Positions 24,974 through 32,000 of a stretch of 32,000 nucleotides of DNA are shown one piece after another. The notes beneath the pieces were generated by a model. It was not told the DNA's origin, did no database searches, and saw only the letters and a program-made list of their open reading frames with translations. The stretch covers positions 1-32,000 of the forward strand of contig CP002161.1 of assembly GCA_000147015.1 (NCBI GenBank). Reading direction: 5' to 3'. The first letter of the stretch is position 1, and each line of letters begins with the position of its first letter. Both the position numbers and the translations under genes were made by a program. Origin of the DNA: Candidatus Saccharimonadota bacterium (GTDB lineage: Bacteria; Pseudomonadota; Gammaproteobacteria; Burkholderiales; Burkholderiaceae).

Positions 24974-27154
24974 TTATTTTTTTATTTTTCCTAAATATTT
25001 TTTTTTAAATATTTTTATTATTTTTTTTATAATTATATTTATATTTTTTTTATTTGTTTTATTTTTTATTAATATTCTAAAAGTTATACTAAATTTATTT
25101 ATTTTTTTTAAATTTAAATTTTCAAATTTATCATAAATTATTATTTTTTTTATATTATTAAATAAATAGTTTTTTTTAATTTTATTATTTAAAAATAATA
25201 ATATTTTTTTGATATTTAAATTATTTTTTAATATAATTGATATATCTCTTTTAAAATATTTTTTTCTAATATTTAATATTTTTTTTTTTAAATATTTTAA
25301 ATTTATTTCAAAAATATTAATATTATTTTTAAAATTATAATTTTTAAATAAATTTTTATTTACTTCTCCTAAAAATCCTATTTTTTTATTTTTATAAAAA
25401 ATTTTATAAGAATTATTATTTAAAAATTTTATTTTTAAATTTATAAAATTTATTTTTTTTGGTCAAAATAATATTTCTAAATCTTTTTTTAAATTTAAAA
25501 TATTTAATTTTTTATTTATATTTTTTTGTTTATAATAAAAATCACCATAAGTTAAACATGAAATTTTTTTTAATTCACAAATATTTTTAGTAGTTTTATA
25601 TCCATCAATTATCTTTTTATTTTTATAAAAAATATTTCCTATTTCAAAAATTTTTATTCTTTTACAATTATTATTTATATTATATATTGCATTATTAATT
25701 AATCCAGGTAATAAAGATGTCCTCATAATATTTATATTTTTTGATATAGGATTAATAATTTTTATACTTTTATTTTTTAAAATATTAAATTTTTTTTCTA
25801 TATTTTTATTTATAAAACTATAATTTATAACTTCTTGGTAATCTAAATTACATAAAATATTTCTTATATAATCAGTAGAAAAATATTTTTCTTTTTTACA
25901 TTTAATATTATTATAATTAAATAAAGGATACTTTTTTTTTATATTTTTAATATTATATATTTTAAGTATTTCTTCAATTAATTCTTCTTTTTTTTTTATT
26001 TTATACTTATATTTATTAGGAATAATTTTAAAATATTTTTTTTTAATATATCAAAATTCAAAGTTTAATATTATTAATATTTTTATTAATTTTTTATTAT
26101 TTATTTTTATACCTAAAATTTTATTTACCATTTTTATTTTTATTTTTATTCTTTTTTTTTTTTTTATATTTATTATATCTTTTATATTACTTATATTAGT
26201 ATTAATTTTACCACATATATTTTTTATTAAATAAATTATTTCTTTTATAGAATCAATAAAAATATTATAATTTATTAAATTATTATTTTTAAAATTTATT
26301 TTTTTTTTATATTTTTTTTTTATACAAAATATTTTTAAATATAAATTTTTAGTTTTTTTACTTATTTTTAAAAATTTTTTTTTTTTGAATATTAAAAAAA
26401 AATTATTAAAAATTTTAAATTTATCATAATCTATAATATTAAAATAAATTCCATATTTTATTTTTATATAATTAATAATATTTTTTATTGTATTTTTAGA
26501 ATATATATTATTTAATTTTAAAATTTTTTTTATTTTATTAGGTATTTTTGAAAAAATATTTATGTTTTTTATAATTACATAAGTATATCTTTTAAATAAA
26601 ATGTTATTTTTTATTTTAAATTTTATTTTATTTATATTTTTAATTTTATAATTGTATTTTATTTTAAATATTAAAGAAATTTCATTTATTAAACCTAATA
26701 TATTATTTAAATAAATTTTATTTCCTATATTAATTATTTTTATTTTATTTTTATTTTTGAAATTATATTTATTATTTATAATATTATAATTTTTATATTT
26801 TAATAAAATATTTTTATTTAAATATAATATACCTTTAATTTTTATTTTTTTATTTTTATATAATAAATTTATTTTATTTATATAAAAAATATTAAAATTA
26901 TTATTTTTTATTTTTTTTTTTGATATAAAAAAATATTTTTTTTTTTTTATTTTTAATTCATATATATATAATTTTAAATTTATATTAAATTTTATTTTTT
27001 TTATTATTTTTCCTAAAAAAAAAATATTTTTTTTATTTTTTTTTTTTATTTTATTTATTTTATTTTCTATACCAAAATTTATTAATAAATTTGAAATTTT
27101 TTTAATATTAAAAATTGGATTTATAATATTTCTAATATTTTTTTCAAATATCAT
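24974..27154 (-). CDS. pheT: phenylalanine--tRNA ligase beta subunit
   Basis: Track ORFs 26051..27154 and 25463..25726 share a frame. Codon-by-codon checking shows the frame stays open through TGA at 26051 and 25463 down to TAA 24974-24976. Lies immediately downstream of pheS in the conserved thrS-infC-rpmI-rplT-pheS-pheT cluster. The sequence is extremely K/N/I-rich, so the call rests on synteny, length and weak N-terminal similarity. Confidence 0.7.
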
Positions 27155-27158
27155 TAAA

Positions 27159-28139
27159 TTAGTAATAATTTTTTAAAAATTTTAAATTATTTTTATAAAA
27201 TAAATTTATATTATTAATATTATATTTAAACATTGTAATTCTTTCTATTCCTACTCCAAAAGCAAAACCACTTATATTTTTAAATTTTAATTTTTTCAAA
27301 ATTTTTGGATGAACTAAACCACCTCCTGATATTTCTATTCATTTTTTTTTAAAAATACCTTTTTTAAAATAAATATCTGTTTCTAAAGAAGGTATAGTAA
27401 ATGGAAAATATGAAATTCTAAATTTTATATTAAATTTTTTTTTGTTAAAAAATAATTTTAAAAATTTTAAATATATTGCTTTAAAATTTGAAATATTTAT
27501 ATTTTTATCTAAATATAAAACTTCAACTTGATGAAACATTGGAGAATGAGTTAAATCATTATCTCTTCTATATACTTTTCCTATAGAAAAAATTTTAATT
27601 GGAATTTTATTAAATTTCATATATCTTATTTGCATAGAACTCATATGAGTTCTTAATAATAAATTTTTTTTATATTTATCAAATATATTTATATAAAAAG
27701 TATCATTTAAAGATCTAGATGGATGATTTTTTGGACTATTTAATAATGTAAAATTTATATATTCATTTTCTATTTCTGGACTATTAAATTCTTTAAAACC
27801 TAATAAATTAAATATTTCTTTTATTTTATTACAACTGATTGTAATAGGATGTATATTTCCTTTTTTATTTTTATATTTTTTATTTATAGTATTTATTTTT
27901 TTATTTTTATGAATATTAATTATATATTTTTTATTTAAAAAATTAAATATAAAAAATATTTTTTTTTTTATATTATTTATAGTTTTTAAATTATTAATAT
28001 TCTTATTTTTATATATATAATTTATTTTTTTATTTATATATCCTTTCTTTGATAAAAAATATTTTTTATTATTTTTTATATCTTTTATATTATTATAATT
28101 TAAAATTTTTAATAATATTAATTTATATATATTTTTCAT
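27159..28139 (-). CDS. pheS: phenylalanine--tRNA ligase alpha subunit
   Basis: Track ORF 27339..28139 extended through TGA 27339 to TAA 27159-27161. HPITISCNKIKEIF..GF, PEIENEYINFTLLNSPKNHPSRSLNDTFY, FSIGKVYRRD and W-IEISGGGLVHPKIL..SGFAFGVGIERITM are present. Confidence 0.92.
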
Positions 28140-28150
28140 TTTTTAAATAA

Positions 28151-28492
28151 TTATATTTTTTTTATTAACTTTTTAAAATCATGAGTATTTTTTATAGCTA
28201 AATCTGATAAAATTTTACGATTTAAAATAATATTTTTTTTTTTCATTTTATTTATAAAAATATTATATTTAATATTAAATTTATTTAAAATTATATTAAT
28301 TCTTTTGATTCATATATTTCTAAATAATCTTTTTTTATTTTTTCTATCTCTATAAGAATATTGTCATGATTTAAATAACGCTTGCTTTGCAATTCTAAAA
28401 ACATTTTTTCTTCTTCCTCTAAAACCTTTTGTAAATTTTAATATTTTTTTATGTTTATATTTACTTATAATACCTCTTTTAACTCTAGTCAT
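28151..28492 (-). CDS. rplT: 50S ribosomal protein L20
   Basis: Hand translation gives [66 protein letters not shown]..., with two TGA-Trp. This matches L20 (MARVKRGV..R.RHKK.L..AKG..G). Confidence 0.9.
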
Positions 28493-28493
28493 T

Positions 28494-28679
28494 TTATATC
28501 ATTAATTTAATAGATTTAATATCATTTTTATTTACATAATTCATTTTTTTCATTTTTCTTTTTATTTTTTTTTTTTTTTTTGTTAATATATGTTTTTTAA
28601 ATGATTTGCCTTTTTTTATTAAACCACTTTTTAATAAAAAAAATCTTTTTTTTACACTACTTTTTGTTTTTTTTTTCAT
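28494..28679 (-). CDS. rpmI: 50S ribosomal protein L35
   Basis: Track ORF of 61 aa. [34 protein letters not shown] resembles L35 (K.K....AKRF..T..G..K......HIL.KK). Synteny between infC and rplT supports the call. Confidence 0.88.
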   Translation of the reverse strand: MKKKTKSSVKKRFFLLKSGLIKKGKSFKKHILTKKKKKIKRKMKKMNYVNKNDIKSIKLMI

Positions 28680-29196
28680 TACTTATTTTTTTATTAAGAG
28701 AACAAAAAATTTCAAAATTATTTTTTTTATTTTTAATAAATATTTTAGTATTAGGAAATATTTTTTTTATATCTTTTTTTAATTTATTAATAAAAATTAA
28801 ATTTTCATTAATATATTTTTTTTCTCTTCCTTTAAAATTTAAAATTATTTTTACTTTATGACCTTTTTTTAAAAAAATAAATATATTATTAATTTTAAAT
28901 TTGTAATCATGAATTGCAATATTTAATTTTAAACTTATTTTTTTTAAACTTAAATTTTTTTTTTTATTTTTTTCATATTTCTTTTTTTTTTTATAAATAA
29001 ATTTTTTATAATTTATCATTTTAACAATTATACTTCCTTTTAAATTATTAGAAATTTCAATTAAATCCAAATTTTTTTTTTTTGCTATATATAATGCTTT
29101 TTTAAAATTTAATAAACCAATTGGTTTATTAAATTCATCTATTAAATATATTTTTTTAGCTTTTATTTCATTATTTATTTTATATTTTTTTTTCAT
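28657..29196 (-). CDS. infC: translation initiation factor IF-3
   Basis: Track ORF of 179 aa. INNEIKAKKIYLIDEFNKPIGLL...A...A....LDLIEIS is followed by the C-domain KKISLKLNIAIHDYKFKINNI..FLKKGHKVKIILNFKGRE. Starts with ATG rather than the AUU used in E. coli. Overlaps rpmI by 23 nt. Confidence 0.9.
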   Translation of the reverse strand: MKKKYKINNEIKAKKIYLIDEFNKPIGLLNFKKALYIAKKKNLDLIEISNNLKGSIIVKMINYKKFIYKKKKKYEKNKKKNLSLKKISLKLNIAIHDYKFKINNIFIFLKKGHKVKIILNFKGREKKYINENLIFINKLKKDIKKIFPNTKIFIKNKKNNFEIFCSLNKKISNEKKNKK

Positions 29197-29223
29197 ATTA
29201 TATATTATTTTTTTTTATAATAT

Positions 29224-30601
29224 TTAAAAAAAAAATAAATTTTTTAATTTTTATAAAACCTAAATTAATATTATTTTTAATTTTTAAAAATATACTTTTT
29301 TTTTTATTTTCTTTATTTCCTATTAATATACAAAAATAACTTTTATATGAAAAATATTTTTTTAATTTTAAAGACAAATTATTATTATTTATTATTTTTT
29401 TTATTCTAAATTTATTTTTTTTTAATATTTTTATTATATTGTTTGTATATTTTAAAATTTTGTTATTTATATTTATAATAACTATTTGTATAGGTATTAA
29501 ATAAAATGGTATATATCCTTTATTATTTTCTATTAATATTCCTATAAAACGTTCAATTGAACCTAAAATAGCTCTATGTAATATTATAATGTTTTTTTTA
29601 ATATTATATTTATTATTATAATTTAAATTTAATATTTTAGAAATTATAAAATCAATTTGAATTGTACCACATTGTCAAATTTTTTTATTTAAGTCTTTTA
29701 GGTAATATTCTATTTTAGGTCCATAAAATGCTCCATTTTTTTCTATATTCTTAATTTTAATATTAAAAAACAAAATTATTTTTAATAAAATTTTTTCTGA
29801 TAAATTTCATAAATAATTATTTCCTATTTTTTTTTTAGGTCTTAAAGATAATTTAATTTTTATATTTTTAAAATTAAAATTTTTATAAACTTTTTTACAT
29901 ATATTATTAAATTTTATTAATTCTAGTAAAATTTGATTTTTTTTACAAAAAATATGACCATCGTCTTGATTAAAATTTTTTAATCTTAAAATTCCATGTA
30001 ATGAACCAGTATATTCATTTCTAAAACATTCACCTATTTCTCCATATTTTAAGGGTAATTTTTTATAACTTATTTTTTTATAATTATATATTTGAATATG
30101 TCCTGGACAATTCATTGGTTTTAAAGCGTATTTTTTATTTTTTGTTTTTAATAAAAACATATTTTTTTTATAATAATTTCAATGTTTTGTTTTTTTTCAA
30201 AAATAATCTCTTAAAATAATTGGAGTTTTTATTTCTTTATAATTATATTTTATATATATATTATTTCTTATATATTTATTTATATTTTTTCATATTATGT
30301 AACCATTTTTATTTCAAAATATTAAACCTGGCATTTTTTTTTTAAAAAAAAATAAATTATTTTTTTTATATAATATTCTATGATCAAATTCTTTTCTTAT
30401 TTTTTTATATTTTTTTTTTTTAAAAAAATTTTTTTTAATTTTATTATTTAAATATATATACTTTTTTTTATTTAAAATATTTAATTTTTTTAATATATAT
30501 ATTTTATTTTTTTTTTTATTTATTATATTAAAAATATAATATAAATAAATATAATTATATTTATAAAAAATTAATTTATAAAATTTAAAATATTTTTTCA
30601 T
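29224..30601 (-). CDS. thrS: threonine--tRNA ligase (catalytic plus anticodon-binding domains only)
   Basis: Track ORFs 30314..30601 and 29807..30160, plus hand translation through multiple TGA-Trp. DHRILYKK..LFFF, MPGLIFW, KPMNCPGHIQIY, ECFRNEYTGSLHGILRLKNFNQDDGHIFC, GAFYGPKIEY, W-QCGTIQIDF and LHRAILGSIERFIGILIE are present. The stop is near 29224-29227. The 3' coordinate is uncertain by 1 nt (see rejected note on the T-run at 30058). Confidence 0.88.
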
Positions 30602-30608
30602 TTTTGTA

Positions 30609-30681
30609 CGAAGTGAACGGGATTTGAACCCGCGACTCCTGGCTTGACAAGCCAGTGTTCTAACCTCTGAACTACCACTTC
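30609..30681 (-). tRNA. tRNA-Asp (anticodon GUC)
   Basis: The reverse complement GAAGTGGTAGTTCAGAGGTTAGAACACTGGCTTGTCAAGCCAGGAGTCGCGGGTTCAAATCCCGTTCACTTCG folds as a cloverleaf with anticodon loop TTGTCAA and discriminator G. No CCA is encoded. The 3' end is 7 nt from the thrS ATG. Confidence 0.9.
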
Positions 30682-30700
30682 TAATTTATAATTTTTAAAA

Positions 30701-30774
30701 AGGGGAATAGCCAAGTTGGTTTAAGGCACCGGATTTTGATTCCGGCATCCAGGGTTCAAATCCTTGTTCCCCTG
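30701..30774 (+). tRNA. tRNA-Gln (anticodon UUG)
   Basis: AGGGGAATAGCCAAGTTGGTTTAAGGCACCGGATTTTGATTCCGGCATCCAGGGTTCAAATCCTTGTTCCCCTG. The acceptor AGGGGAA/TTCCCCT is perfect. It closely resembles E. coli tRNA-Gln (GCCAAG.GGTAAGGCACCGG.TTTTGAT.CCGGCAT). The 5' part of track ORF 30736.. overlaps it and is spurious. Confidence 0.9.
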
Positions 30775-30783
30775 TTTTATTTT

Positions 30784-31701
30784 ATGAATTTTAAAAAAAA
30801 TATATTATTTTCTGGAAATTCGAATATTAAATTAGTTAATAAAATAATAAAAAAATTAAAAATAAAATTGGGTAAAATAAATGTATCAAAATTTTTAGAT
30901 GGTGAAATTATGATTAAAATAAAAGAAAGTGTTAGAAATAAAAATGTATTTATTATACAATCAATATGTAATCCAATTAATGATAATTTAATAGAAATGA
31001 TAATAATGGTAGATGCTATAAAAAGAGCATATTCAAAAAATATAATAGGTATTATACCATATTATGGTTATTCAAGACAAGATAGAAAAATAGGTTATTC
31101 AAGAATACCTATTTCTGCTAAATTAATAGCTAGCATTTTAGAAATCTCAGGTTTAAATCATGTAGTTATACTAGATTTACATTCTGAACAAATACAAGGT
31201 TTTTTTAATATTCCTATAGAAAATATATATACTTATAATATATTTTATAAAAATATAAAAAAAAAAAAACTTTATAATCCTATTATTGTATCACCAGATG
31301 TAGGTAGTATTAAAAGATCTAGAAAATTATCAAAAAAAATAAATTGTGATTTAGCTATTATAGATAAATATAGAATAAAAAATAATTTATCAAATGCATT
31401 AAATTTAATAGGAAATGTAATTAATAGAGATTGTATAATTACTGATGATATAATAGATACAGGAGGAACTATTATTAATACTGTAAATATGTTAAAAAAA
31501 AATGGAGCTTTAAGAATTATATGTTATTGTACACATGGTGTTTTATCAAATAATGCTATAGAAAAAATAAATAATTCAAAATTAGATGAATTAATAATAA
31601 CAGATACTATACCTTTTAAAAATAATTTTAAAAATAAAAAAATAAAACAATTAAGTTGTTATAATTTAATTATTAATTTTATTAAAAAATATAATAAATA
31701 A
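30784..31701 (+). CDS. prs: ribose-phosphate pyrophosphokinase
   Basis: Track ORF 30736..31701 trimmed to the internal ATG 30784 (MNFKKNILFSGNSN), downstream of tRNA-Gln. PYYGYSRQDRK, DLHSEQIQGFF, VSPDVGS and DDIIDTGGT (PRPP loop) are present. Confidence 0.93.
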   Translation: MNFKKNILFSGNSNIKLVNKIIKKLKIKLGKINVSKFLDGEIMIKIKESVRNKNVFIIQSICNPINDNLIEMIIMVDAIKRAYSKNIIGIIPYYGYSRQDRKIGYSRIPISAKLIASILEISGLNHVVILDLHSEQIQGFFNIPIENIYTYNIFYKNIKKKKLYNPIIVSPDVGSIKRSRKLSKKINCDLAIIDKYRIKNNLSNALNLIGNVINRDCIITDDIIDTGGTIINTVNMLKKNGALRIICYCTHGVLSNNAIEKINNSKLDELIITDTIPFKNNFKNKKIKQLSCYNLIINFIKKYNK

Positions 31702-31702
31702 A

Positions 31703-32000
31703 ATGAAAATTCATTCATTTATTAGAAATAAATTAGGTACTTATTATAATAATAAAAATAGATATAAAAATAGAATTCCTGGTGTAATTTATGGTAATAA
31801 TAAAAAAAATATAAATTTAATATTTAAAAAATCAGAATTATTTAAAATATTTAAAAAAAAAAATATCAATATATTAAAAATTATTTTTAAAAAAAAAATT
31901 AAAAAATTTTTAATTAAAAATATTCAATTTCATGCATATAAAAAAGAAATATTACATATTGATTTATTAAGAATTAGTAATAAAAAAAAAGTAAATATTT
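31703..32000 (+). CDS. rplY: 50S ribosomal protein L25 (partial, runs off the window)
   Basis: Hand translation from ATG 31703 gives MKIHSFIRNKLGTYYNNKNRYKNRIPGVIYGNNKK...IKNIQFHAYKKEILHIDLLRI. The R..G.IPGVIYG and Q.H.....I.H.D motifs and the prs-rplY synteny support the call. No stop occurs before 32000. Confidence 0.7.
   Translation, partial: MKIHSFIRNKLGTYYNNKNRYKNRIPGVIYGNNKKNINLIFKKSELFKIFKKKNINILKIIFKKKIKKFLIKNIQFHAYKKEILHIDLLRISNKKKVNI

Noticed and set aside
30058-30064. By my hand count, the T-run at the line break in thrS (poly-A on the coding strand, within ...ISYKKLPL...) has 7 T where 6 keep the frame. That would imply a frameshift and would put the downstream in-frame TGA at 29806 rather than 29807.
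   Set aside because: The supplied ORF track reads 29807..30160 as one uninterrupted 117-aa ORF across this run. Manual counting of homopolymers is error-prone, so I treat it as my own counting discrepancy. It is worth a mechanical recount, and it makes the thrS 3' coordinate uncertain by 1 nt.

Overview
This is an extremely A+T-rich, very gene-dense window from a tiny-genome bacterial endosymbiont. UGA is read as Trp (translation table 4): nearly every housekeeping gene appears in the ORF track as same-frame pieces joined by TGA at conserved Trp positions. The betaproteobacterial-looking rRNAs, the gene content (trpG-trpD-trpC, riboflavin genes, groESL, hslVU) and the roughly 13-15% GC fit a Candidatus Zinderia insecticola-like sap-feeder co-symbiont. 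That assignment is an inference and no database search was run.

Order of features:
- rpmH, mnmE, mnmG, lipB, lipA (+)
- 16S-23S-5S rRNA operon (+)
- infA, ribE, ribD, tRNA-Lys (-)
- a 1.2-kb gene-free gap filled by a tandem repeat array
- hslV, frameshifted hslU, MidA-like methyltransferase, ribH, rsmD, tRNA-Asn, fpr, sbcB, trpGDC, groES/groEL, holB (+)
- pheT, pheS, rplT, rpmI, infC, thrS, tRNA-Asp (-)
- tRNA-Gln, prs, rplY (+, partial at window end)

I see no mobile elements, CRISPR, prophage or defence genes, and no convincing novel multi-gene system.

The items most worth a second look:
- the 325-345-bp tandem repeat array in the only large non-coding tract
- a 52-bp tandem duplication that frameshifts hslU
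- loss of the 16S anti-Shine-Dalgarno core
- tRNAs lying 6-9 nt upstream of CDS starts
- a ThrRS lacking its N-terminal editing region

Hand-derived coordinates may be off by 1-3 nt.
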